Source of the DNA: Haplodiscus bocki | Lineage: Eukaryota | Length of the DNA stretch: 64,000 nt | Direction of reading: 5' to 3' | NCBI GenBank assembly: GCA_965655095.1 | Contig: OZ296653.1 | Location: forward strand, 38,564,001-38,628,000 | In this document: positions 50,891 to 62,795 of the stretch, piece after piece | Position numbering within the stretch: position 1 is the first letter of the stretch | How the letters are laid out: each line of letters starts with the position of its first letter | Notes under the pieces: model-generated | What the model was told of the DNA's origin: nothing | The model's input: only the letters and a program-made list of their open reading frames with translations | The model's database searches: none | Program-made: the position numbers and the translations under genes

Positions 50891-51703
50891 TATTCCTCAA
50901 ATATATCCCTGCTGTTGGCTGGTAACTTCTGTTCTTTTCTAAGAATTTGATTCTTGGAAAGTAAGAAATAATCAACAGTGTTGAAGACTGAAAAAAAGGT
51001 TACTTTAATATCAAATGGGAGAGAAGGAACATCTTAGAGATGACTGTGCCTGGTTAGAAGCATTAGTACAATGAATGTCTCCTGAATTTTAATTTTTCCT
51101 GTTCATACTTTTCCAGGGCGCAAAACATAAATACTTACATGCCAAGTCAAGGTACGATTACGGAAATGTACTTTCACGAACGGGAGTTTAAAGTGAAATT
51201 GACAAATCTGATGGCAAATAAATTTTTTTTGCTCCATTTTTTGACCCATGGGATGCGTGTTTCGGACCTTTGGTTGGAAAGTCGACGGAATTTTTCCATT
51301 GAAATTGGACATCAAAGTGCTTATGCACGTGCTGACTTCTTAGTTACCTGTAATTTATTGGACATTCCATAGTTGGAGAAGTTAAAAATGCCCAACCAAG
51401 ATATGAAAATGACGGGAAAAAAAAGAGCAAAGCTAAAAATACAATAATCATGCTCTTTTTATTCCAAGTAAAACTATTGGTTTCACATTTCATCCTCAGT
51501 TGATTGTACTTTAGTGCCTGTCTCTGGAAATCATGGGAGACTAGTAGCACTAATAGTTTGCTCCGCGTTCATTCGAGCTGCAACCAGTATAATCAGGAGA
51601 TTCTTCGTACTCAAATTTGGTAGCGGCCAAATTGTGCGAGCTGTGCTCAAATGAAGGATAAACACAGAGTCCCAACATCTCTAGTATGTTACTACGGCAC
51701 ACG
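50891..51703 (-). mobile_element. Continuation of the host LTR (joins 4182-4521; resumes at 55806-55860)
   Basis: Reverse complement is collinear with the LTR interior (about 4980-5795 and 49730-50555). Confidence 0.7.
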
Positions 51704-54700
51704 TATCGCGTTACACAAAACGTTTACACGTTAAGAAATTGAAACATGAACAACTAAATGAAATCAACTTTTTTGAGGGTACGTGCAGACAAAAAAGAAT
51801 AGAAAAGCTGATGGAATAAATAAGCCGTTGGAATTGCACAAATATTTTTTTTACAAAAAATTTCTAAAGGGAGCTCTTTTTCTATTGGCGCCAGCTACCA
51901 ACCATGCTCTCGGTTAAAGGCCATTTTTTTTATTCGTTGCGTGAAATGGCAGCATGCCTGGGAAGCTGATTGATAAATATTCAATATCCCGCTTAACGGT
52001 AACGTTTAAATATTCACTCTCCCGCTCTCCCTTTTTTTAGACAAATTATTTCAAGTCCATCTCCCTTTCTTTTTTTTTGCTTTTTTGGACAAAAATTTTC
52101 TAAGTCCAATTCCTCTTCTCACTGCTCTTCGGACAAAAAATAATCTAAGTCCAACTTCAATTCTGCAAAAAAATTCTAAGACAATTCCAAATTCCGTCTT
52201 AGCAGCACAATCATTCCAATCTCGCAAAAACATTCTAAGTCCCATTTTCTTGACTTAGAAAAATTCCTTCTTTTTTGTTTACCCATTTCAAACTCTTGCC
52301 TCCGGATTCTTAACATTGTCCACTAACGCTAGCTTTGGCATTGGCGTGGGCTGATTCCGTGGACGAACTTCGGTTCTGAAACAAGAGCGAATCTTAAGTT
52401 GCACAATTTTTTTTATTCTGTACCCTTGCCGCTGGAGTCTGAACAGTGTTCGCTAATGCTGGGTTCGGTAATAGCACGTGCAGATTCCGTGGATGAACCT
52501 CGGTTCTGAAACAAGAGTGAATCTCAAATTGCAGAAACAAAACTCCCTCCTTTTTTACCTTTTCCAAACTCTTGCCACTAGATCTTAACAGTTTCGACCA
52601 ATGCGAGCTTCGGTATTGGCGTGTGCTGATTCCACTGACGAGCTCCGGTTCTGAAGCATGAGTGGATTTTAAACAGCACGACCCCCGAGAGGTTCCTAGC
52701 AAAAAGAGTTGACGTTACAGAGATCAAATCTCCCCTCCTCTGCTTCCGTGGTATTCAACATTCATTCCAAATTCCGAGTTATGGATTAAATATGCTTAAA
52801 CCGTCCGCTCTTGTAACATTCAAACAATTCCTTCCTTCGCATTGATTCGAATTTGCCTATTCAATGCCTTTACAAGTCAGATTCATAGGAGGAGAGTCCC
52901 AGATTTACCAGCAGACCATCCGACTCCATCAACGATATCCGTTAACTAAAGAGTTTCATAGCTCAGAAAGAGTATATCTCTCTGACTAATTCTGAAACTT
53001 TATAAATCCCGTCCAAAAAGTCCGCTAGACAAATATCTCGCTTGGAGAAAAAAGACTGAGAGAAAATTACTAGGTTGCCGCTGGAACGCGATCTTCTACC
53101 TGAGTTTTAGACACAACTGGAGTAAATCAAACCCAGCCAAAAAATCTGGAGATTTGTTTACGGTTTGGAAACTTTGGGAACACTGAGGAACTAAATCCAG
53201 TAGACAACGAATTGCTAGTTACGGAGTGTATACAAAAGAAAAAAGTTAATATCTGACATAAAATTAACTACTAAAACTGAAACTAACAAAAAAACTATGC
53301 CAAACATAAAAATATAAAATTAGTGCTAGAAAAGTTGGAGAAAAAGAATCTCCTTCCTAGACCAAAATAAAAGCAACTCACTAAAATTACGCCCATTTCT
53401 TTCTAAAACTACGCCAATTGAATATCTCTGGGGTTGCCTTATAAGTACAGTCTTTTTTCAGAGTTCAATCCAATAACAACATTTTTGTTGAATTGTAAGC
53501 AAATTACATCATTTGTATTATGGGCTAATATGATCCAATTTTACTATTTTATTAGATTTTTTTATTAATCATTGGTCTATTTCATCATCCGGCATATTTC
53601 ACACGATTAGTAATTTCCAGATCCAAGAATAGAATTTTTTTGCTTGTACTTTCTAAAAGTTTTTGACGAGTTGATAAATTTCGGGGCTTTATACTTTTTG
53701 GTGATAAAATTATGTTGAAGGGAAATTCTGATGTTTGACTTTGCTATCCGAAAAGTTAACAAACCGCTCTTTTCAAGCTTAACGAAAACGACAGCAGTTT
53801 TGTCCCAGCTCCCATTCTTGTCGCTCATAGACACACTTGACCCAGTTCCCAATTGGTGCCGTTTCATTTTCAAGTCATTTCCACATGTTTGAGTTCCCCC
53901 GGTTGGCTCAATAATTTATCATTTTTTTTCTATTTCCATTTCAACGCTCATGAAGCCATTGCCATTGAACTTACGCACTCTTTGTTTGCGGAGCTAGCAG
54001 GGCAACGAAAACAGAGAGATAAAAGCTCTAGAGACTGGTTCTGTTTGTTAAAAGAACTATTGAAGTGCTACGGTAGCTGCCCTAATAGCGCTTAGTCACG
54101 CATCGCTCTGAGCGGGAAAGAATTTTGGAACCAAAAACCATTTCCAATCTAAATTTCTCTCAAATATCCATGCTCTACGACAAACTGGTCCACTGGATTC
54201 TAAACAGTGTCCACTAACGCTAGCTTCGGTTTTAGCGTGTGCGGGTTCCGCTGACGAGCTCCGGATCTGAAGCATGAGTGGATCTCCAACTGCTTGACCC
54301 CCACGAGGTTCCCAGCAAGAAGATTTGACGTTACATAGATTAAATTTCACCTCTTCTGCTTCCGTGGTTTTTAGAATTTATTCTTAAATCCAGGTTTCGG
54401 ATTAAATATGAAAAACCGTCCATTCTTGTAACATTCAAACAATTCCTCTCTTCTCATTGATTCGAGTTTCCCTATTCGTTTCCTTCGCAAGTCAGATTCA
54501 AAAAAGAGGAGAGTCCCAGATTTACCAGCAGATCATCCGACTCCATCAACGGTATCCGTTAGTTGAAGAGTTCCCTAGCTCAGAGAGAGAGTATATCTCT
54601 CTAATCAATTCTAAAACCTTATAAATCCCGTCCATAAACTCCGCTAGACAATTATCTCGGTTGGAGAAAAAGGGACTAAAAGGACACCACCAAGTTGCCG

Positions 54701-55801
54701 CTGGAAAGCGATTTTCTACCTGAGTGTCAGATAAAACTTACTATAAATCAATCCCCGACAAAAAGTCCGGAGATTTATTTACGGTTTGGAAACCTGGGAA
54801 ACACTAAGGAACGAAAACCCGTAGACGGCGAATTGCTTACTACGGATTGTAGAGAAAAAAAAATAAAAGTTTGTATGTGGTATAAAATCAATTACTAAAA
54901 TTAAAACTAACAGAAAAAATTAAACCATAAAAAAGTGCGGAAAACGGTGGAGAAAGAGAATCTCCTTCCTAGGCCAAATTAAAAGTAACTCACTAATATT
55001 ACCCGCTTTTCCTTTTAAAGTTACCTCAATTGATTTTTTCTGAGGTTTCCGAATAATTACAGTCTTTTTTTTCTGATTTCAATCCAATAACAACATTTTT
55101 GTTGATTTGTGAGCAAATTAAATCATTTGTATTTTGGGCCAATTTGATCCATTTTTACTGTTTTAAAAGATTTCGTGTTAATCTTTGGTCTATTTCATCA
55201 TCCGGAATAATTCACACAATTGGTAAATTCCCGATTCAAGAGTTGAAGTATATTGCTCGTAGTTTCTAAAATTTTTTGACGAGTTGATAAATTTCGGGTG
55301 TAAAAACACTTTGGTGATAAAGATGTGTTGAAGATAACTTTTGATATTTAGTTCTCGTATCCGAAACTGATAACAAACCGCTCCTTACAAGCCTAATGGA
55401 ATAGACAGCAATTTCGTCGCAGCTACCATTTTCGCCGCTCATAGACACACACACATGACTCAGTTCCCAAAATGTGCCCTTTCCTTTTCAATTCATTTGC
55501 ACATGCTTGATTTCCCCCGATTGACTGAATAGTTTTTGTTTTTTCATTTTCTATTCCCCTTTCGTTGCTCAGAATGTCCATGCTATTGAACTTACGCACT
55601 GTTTGTTTGCAAAGCCACCAAGGCAACGAAAACAGAGAGACAAAAGCTCTGGACTGGTATTGTTTTTTAAAAAAACAAGTAAAATGCGACGGCAGCTGCC
55701 TTAATAGCGCTTAGTCACGCATCGCTCTAAGCGAAAAAGGAATTTAGATCCAAATAATATCTCCAAGTTCAATTTCTCTCGAATATCCAAGCTCTGCAAC
55801 A
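51704..55801 (+). mobile_element. LTR element of a different family with its internal region deleted (5' LTR 51704-54182; partial 3' LTR ~54190-55801)
   Basis: T(A)TCGCG start; both units end CTCT(AC/GC)(G/A)ACA; CACG(T) on both flanks; ~1.62-kb direct repeat 52575-54182 vs 54190-55801; TGGTCC just after the first CA. Confidence 0.6.
52300..52680. repeat. Three ~130-145 bp diverged tandem units inside the LTR
   Basis: Core GATTCCGTGGA(C/T)GAAC(C/T)TCGGTTCTGAA recurs near 52353, 52483 and 52628, and again near 54245. Confidence 0.75.
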
Positions 55802-55901
55802 CACGTCAGTTGTCAGAATGATATTGACCTCACCAGATAGGTAGCGACGGAAGAAATTAATGAAACTTGGCGACCAGCAACAGGAATACATATGAAGAAA
55901 T

Positions 55902-57504
55902 TGTCGTCAGGTGGGCAGAATTCCTCTGAAGAATGTCTCAGAGAGACGAGGCACCCTTTAAGTTGGGGATCATTATGAACGAAATCGTCATTGGTTTCCT
56001 GATTCTTTCTACTTGAAATACAGGGCGTCTCCAGAAAACATCTGCAGTGAACTCAAGCTCGTGGGATCAGAAGAAACTAATAAGATCTAGATAGGGCGCA
56101 CTAGGTGGGGTTCTCCGTCCTCTTGAACGCCAGCAACAGTTTGTTTCTCAGTCAGCCTTCTTTTTTCTCTGACACCTGAGCGATATAATTCCTCTTGATT
56201 TCAGGGAATATTTAAGTACCGCGCTTCTCAGGTGCTGGGATGTTTCTCCCGATTATCTTTGTTGATGGCCATTAATATTCCATCATTTCTGAGATAGTGC
56301 CTTTTGCGGAAAAGGAAACGTAGTCAGCAGTGTTGGAGACTTAGTAATTACTATTTTTCAAAGTTGAATGGAAAAGTGAGAGTCATGTTTTTTTGGAAAC
56401 AAAGTGACTGGTTTGAAGCATCAGTGCAATTTTTGTGTCATCTATTCTCATTTTTTTCATTCCCTCTCTTTGGCGTTAAACATAACTGTTTGCATGCCAA
56501 GTTAGTTTACAAATAGGGTAAAGTACTTTGATGACCGGAGGATTGAATCAAAACTGCCACTTCTAGCGGAGAATTAACAGCTTTCCAACCATTTTGTCCC
56601 ACATGGGACGCATTTTTTTCATGTTTTGAATTAGAATGGACAGATCTAGACCGCTGGAAGTTGACATCGAAGTGATTATTCTCGACGTCGACATAATAGT
56701 CGCACGCAAGTTAATGGGCAATCCATATTTGGAAAAATTGGGTGTTTCCAATCCAGATTTGAATGTCAGCGAAGAAATCGAAGAAAGCTAAATACGACAA
56801 AGCTCATGCTCTTTTCTCTCTTGGTGAAATTGGTCAAGTAGAGTTTCAACATTAATTCATATTACTTCAATTTCTCTCATTTGAAATGTTGACAAACTAG
56901 TAGCACAACTAGTTTACACCTCGTTCACGCTACTAGCGACTAGTATTCTCCGTAGATCTTCATTGTTAACTACTGGTGGTGGTCAAGTCAAGCAGGCTGT
57001 GCACAATTGAAGAATGGGCACGATGTCCCTCCGTTTTCAGTATGTTACTACGATACAGGGTAGTGGTCGGAAAGATTGTGATCTCACCAGACAGGTAGCA
57101 ACCGAGCACAATCGGGAGGAAAAACAATCACGCTGTTCAAGTGGAAGTGCTTTTTAGCTCAAAAATTGAACTGCATCGACAGAAATAGGAGTTCTCACAG
57201 TCAATCATATCATTTACTCTCATAGGTTGATTTAAATGAACTTTTACAGAATTAAAATGATTGTTGCACCTATTAGGACGGAAAGCTGTGTGAATATCCG
57301 TTTGTTCCATAATGATTCCGTCATTGTCTGGATCAGTCTGGTATGGTGATCCGCATGAAGTACAGATCAGATAAGGAGAAAACTTGGTAGATGAAATGTA
57401 TAAGGTATAGTTTCTTGTTCAGTTTGGTTAATCTCTCGTTGATCTGAAATTGATCCTTTTTTCAGGTAGCTTTTGTCAGCAGGCTATGCACAAAAGCAGC
57501 GACA
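55902..57504 (-). repeat. 3' LTR of the inverted copy
   Basis: Reverse complement of 49271-50890; TGTCG...CGACA termini. Confidence 0.85.
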
Positions 57505-58100
57505 TTCTTCCTCTTTTTTGGTAGGGAGTTTTCCAAGCTCGTCTTTCTTTTTTGATTTCACAGTGGGAACGGTGGAGAAGGTATTGATGCGGTAGAAGTC
57601 ATTTGAGGCTCATCAGGGTAAAAAATGCTCAGGTGCGAAGATTACTCTCACACATCCACTCTACTGACCATCACTGATGATGTTGATATGGAGAAAATTG
57701 TCGACGGCACTGGTGATGGGGAGCTGTCCCTGTATGTCCGTTGGCCTTCGGTTGCCTGTACAACTTCCACCGTTGACATCACATTAACGTGGGTAATAGT
57801 AGGTTAGACCACACATAGTAAGCCATCGTTTCCAAAAACCACTAAGAAAAAATGGCCCGCTAGTGTGCGAGTTTGTTGAAATGATCCGTGGCTCCGGACA
57901 TGCTACGGTTTAATTGGTGATGATTTCCATGGGTATAGCTCCAAGTTCCGTAGAGTTGAGAATTTTTGGGGTATTAGGTTTCATCAAGCTCTGACGGCCA
58001 GACGATTGTTCGACAATGAAAACATCAGAAACGGTCGATAGAGAATCGGAATGGTTGATCTTGATCTTCTTGAGGAAGATTAGGAATGTTGTTGATAGTT
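57470..58100 (-). pseudogene. ORF3 homologue (inverted copy)
   Basis: Reverse complement is collinear with 48680-49330. Confidence 0.55.
57505..57519 (-). promoter_or_regulatory. Polypurine tract of the inverted copy
   Basis: AAAAAAGAGGAAGAA on the - strand, directly before TGTCGC. Confidence 0.8.
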
Positions 58101-58448
58101 ACTGATTTTTGAAGTATGCCTTAAGCAAGTGACCGAAAATAGTAAAGGGGAGGTCCGTAATCCTTTATCAGGCGGGAATTCCTTTGGGGTTTCTGCGGCG
58201 AAGAGTAGAGTTGATAAAATCCAGTGTCTATCAGTGTGAATTTAAGACGACAGGTTCTATACAATTGAAAGAATTGAAAACTAGGAAAGAAGAAATCTTG
58301 AGTTTCGTTCCCCAATGTGCCCTTGAAAGGTGAAGCTGAGGTTTTTGCTGGCAGACAAGTTTGTAAGAGTGATAATAACTAGGGGTTAGTGAATGAAATA
58401 ACTACACTTTGTATTAGCCACGTTCTTCCTAATAGAAATCCGACGAGA

Positions 58449-60870
58449 ATGTCGGTCAATGCTGATGAGAGTTTTGCTGTTGTGGAGGATGTCAGTGTCA
58501 GCTCATCTCAGGGTGAGTCTGTCATCCATAATGCGCAACTCGACAAAACGGTTGTGTCCCAAAAACCCAATGTTGTTTCAAACGGAAAAAGACAGCGGAG
58601 TGAAGAGAGTGGCGGGTCCGGAGCAAGTCCGGAATGGATCTGTTTGTGTTGCGACGAGTTGTGTTGTGGGGGCTCCTGTCCTTAATGGAGACGCAAGCAA
58701 GGATGGGGATGATTCTCCCATCACTCAAGAAAGTGCCGCTGTACTTGAAGTCGTTGATTCGGATGAGTATGCTTTTGTGGTCGGGAGCAGTACCCCAGTT
58801 CGTGCTAATGCCGGTTTTGAGTCTGAGAGGTTCAACTTCAGAGAAGCTCTGAGCCATGCTTTTGTCACAGATACGGGCGGGGTTCTGGATACGTCTGGCC
58901 TTGCCCTGCGTAGATTATTGTCTCTCACTTCGCTTTGCTTTAGCTTCTCTTGTAAGATTTTCTCGTAATACTTTCATATTGGACACCAAGCAATTCTTTA
59001 GAAAGTAGTTTTATCCGTGCGTACTGTATCTTGAAGATGGCACCATGAGGGTATTTTTCTTCAGCTTATGATTCATCTCGTGAAAACAAAAATAGTCCGG
59101 AGTGTTTCTGCGCTCTCGGCAGTCAGACTTTTCTAATGTTTTCTGTGGAGATGCCGATGAAGGCATGCCGGTGAGAAAATATCGTGAAAATTCCACTCAC
59201 CGAAGGTCGTGGGCATAATGTTCCCCTGGTTCCAGTGCTGATCGAGCCTGCAATTTGTAGGAACAGGGCTTTGAAGAAGGTAATGCTTTGATTTTTTCGT
59301 GGAAATTTTTCAGTGTAGTTCCTCACATGATCCTCATCGCAACTCATTTTCTTGTTATAGAACTGTTTGCTGCAGATCTTGTCACTACTGCTTATAGTGT
59401 CACTGGTCACCAGCTCTTGTTTTTCTGCCAGTCTGTTTGTGAAGAGTAAAAGTCATTTTCTGTGTTTTTGTGCAGATTTCTTGGTGAAGAGCAGAAATCA
59501 AAGCTACTTGATCCCCTCATTAGCTGTTGGTATCCTTATGTATTCAATACGGAGCATCCTGGTTTGAGATAAACAATGTTTCTGTAAGGATAACAGAGTT
59601 TAATTAACTTCTGGACAACCTAACTAACGGAGTCGTCAACAGTGCCTAACTTGTCGAAACGACGACAGACACGTGTAGTGATGAGCAAGTTGGGAGCTCT
59701 GGGTGACAAAAGGTCTATAGCAAAGAGACCTACAAAATGATGTGCTTATGCTACTGATGAACTGGCGCGCCTGACCGATGTGGCTGTCGAACCCAGCCGT
59801 TTTTTTGTCAAATTTGTCACTAAAAATTTCTGTGCTAACAAAGGGGTCGTACGAGATCATTCGGCATTTACAAGGTGTTCACCATTTCCTGCAGGATCAA
59901 TGCTTGAGGCTGGAGAATCTTAATTGATGGGTCTCTGATTTTGAAGGGACCCGCTTTCAACTGTTGAGCTTCGTCGTCATCGCGAGAAGACCCTTATGAC
60001 TTCACTGGTGAAGCGAGATCGTAATTGTGTGTTTTTGGTTGACTACAGTTATGCCGTTAACCCTAGTCTTCTAGTGCTGGCGGGGTATCGCCGAATATGG
60101 AGATATTTCGGTTCGAGGATCGTTACGGACTTATGGAGACGCTGGAGCCAGTCCATTTTAACTGCCAGTCAAGTGGGTATTGAGGTTGGCTGCTTGCGAG
60201 AAAATTTTCTGATTAGTTCAAGAAATTCCACGTAATAGTTGAATGTCTCTTCGCACTCGGTTGTCTTCGTTTTAGACGTCCATTTCGGATGGGATATTTT
60301 CTCGCATACTGCGTTACATTGTATATTGGAAGAAGGTCCTTAACTGCCACCGCATCGAGTTTGAAAAGCGAGGTCTCCAGTCGTGTGTCTTTTTGTGCAC
60401 TTGCAACAGAAGTTTTTTCCGGCTTGTCTGTGTGCGATGAGACCAGTGAGCATATCAAACTAGGTCAGATCCTCAGTGATTGCTGTGGACAAAGCATCTC
60501 CTGTCATTTACCTTGTAGGTGACTCTAATTTGCTCGACGAGTTCAACTCTAGCTACATTGGCATTGCAAACCAGACGAAGCTCATCGTTTTCCCTTTTTT
60601 AAACACCGTCTCTTTAAGCGTTGTATGCAGAAATTATCCTCGTGTGTGTTTGGTCACTGGAACCCCTAATTCTTACTAAGTTCTTTCCCGGTGGCACAAC
60701 TGAAGGGGGCTGAGAACAGGAACTGGTTGATTTCGCACGGAGAGCCCTGAGGAACGGAGTGACCACCAGAGACAAGTCGCTGCCATGAGTGCTCGAGGTG
60801 GTGGCTAACATTGTGGGCGTTGGGCCACTGATCTTCTCAAAGGTGCATAAAATATTGCACGTAATCAAAG
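58449..60870 (+). pseudogene. Zinc-finger/hAT-like accessory gene (inverted copy)
   Basis: MSVNADESF start; FFCQICH..ISVLTKGSYEIIRHLQGVHHF (~59800-59890); intron 60212-60275; reverse complement of ~46200-48330. Confidence 0.75.
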
Positions 60871-61950
60871 TCTGAGGCTCCAGCCTCCTTGTTGGTGGGT
60901 CCATCGTTCTGGGGCAACGATGGACTTGCTCATCAGTGCGGGAACATCCTCATGGCTACACCATTGAAACGCAATTGTGAAAGAGTGTTCACATAAGACT
61001 TAATCGGCCAGAGTGCTGCCGCTGATACCAATCTTCCAGTGCTGGCGAGAGTGTCGTCGTTGTTGGAACTCTTTCAACCTGGTGCAGTTACGAGCTTTTG
61101 CAAAGGCTTTTGAGCCAGTTCTTGCTAACTACCTGTCGAGTGCACGTTGCGGTTGCCTGGTCAAACAGCACAAAGTGATCGTTAGTTCCGCAAGAAGGTC
61201 CGTAGTCTTCCCAAGATTCCTTCGTATTTTCTTGTCCCTATTCTAATCAATCATCTTGAATGGGCTGGTTCCACGCATCGTGCGTTATGCCCTAGACTCC
61301 TACAGCAATGAATTTGAAGAAAGGTGTCTAGTAGTTGGTGTTTGTGCGCACCTGGGATAAAAACTCTCGTCGGTGTGTTTGTGTGGCTGTTTTGGAGTGT
61401 TATACCAGTAATGCGACTGGCTAGGTTGACAAACTGGGTCAAGTAACCAGTTCCACGGACGCTACAGTTCCCGCCTCTTCCATCTTTGGCGGCTCCAATT
61501 AGCTGAGTGAGATCTACTCAGCATACGTTGGCAGTGGGGACCAGAGAACACCCATTGACTTCCTAATTTTCACTCTTCGTCTGCTGAAGCGCTGCATGCA
61601 AAAAGCAAATCCAACTGTGTTGGGGTAACTAGATACTTTCTCCTTGACTCAGTTTCTGTTGACACAGTTGAAGAGGGCCGAGAACAGGTACTGTTTTAAG
61701 TGGCGAACAGCCCTGAGGAAGTCTGTGACCATCGGAAAACTTTAGATGTTAGGTCTGCTTGAAGTGGTGGCCGACAGTGTGGGCATTTGGCCTATGATCG
61801 TCTACTATTTGAAAACGAGGTTCAAAAAAAGACGCTGGGGACAGTCAAGTGGTATAGTATAACACTTTGTTTTGACTCAACTCTTTTTACGATGCGTTGT
61901 TACACTGGTTCTCTTTGTTTAGAGGAAAGTTAATAAGGGTTACCCCCTCA
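60870..61950 (+). pseudogene. Additional partial copy of the accessory gene, in tandem
   Basis: NLPVLARVSSLLEL, intron 61181-61246 followed by SIILNG, LKRCMQKA and VGIWPMIVYYF. Confidence 0.7.
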
Positions 61951-62579
61951 TCGATCAGAGAGCGCAATTGAAATTTTCTCTCCACCATTCAGTTTTGAAA
62001 GTATGTTAATAATTACATAGGTGTTGATTATACCGGTCAAACTCTGATCGACTTTGAGAGGTACAGTCCTCACCTATATCACGTACCTCAGGAAAAAAAA
62101 TTGAAAAAATACTGCTTTTTTTCTCCGCCATAAAAATGTATCTGTAATTCCACCTTTATGTGAACGTAGAATTGATAAACATATTACAACATATTACAAT
62201 AAAATTTACACTGAAAACGACACTAAAGTGTACACTGGAGTGTAAAATAGACTGGAATGTAACTTTCAGTGAAAAAATTCATCGTTTCACCTGTCGACCA
62301 TACACTAGAAAAATTGCACCGCTTAATGGAATGTGAGATTTTTTTGTCCTAAACGAAAACATGATTTCTCAGAAATACGTGTACAGGCATGGTGACTAGC
62401 ACAAGTTTTTTGAGGATTTCTCTATTGACTTCAAAGAAAACCTGACGTAAACTTGATTGAACTGAAAATTTTGTTTCGAGAGAAACATACTTTTAATACA
62501 AGTATACGGATATTTATATTTTCAAAAAAGTTTCAAGGGGTGTAATTATACCCATTTTTACAATTATAAGAATAAATAT

Positions 62580-62795
62580 ATTTGAATAAGTGAGGTTATA
62601 CTTATTTGTACAAGAGTACGAATAGGAGAAATTAGAAGGCATTTGTACAAGTATAAGAATAACTACAATTTCATTCGTGTTTGAATAGGTGTAAATAAAC
62701 TTATACTTATTTGTACAAGAATAGGAATAGGTGAGATTTTAAGGGATTTGTACAAGTATACGAATAATTATAATTTTTTTGTACATGAATAGGTG
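62580..62795. repeat. ~107-bp imperfect tandem duplication built from ATTTGTACAAG/GAATA(G) motifs
   Basis: TTATACTTATTTGTACAAGA occurs at ~62596 and ~62701; TTTGTACA occurs five times. Confidence 0.7.
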
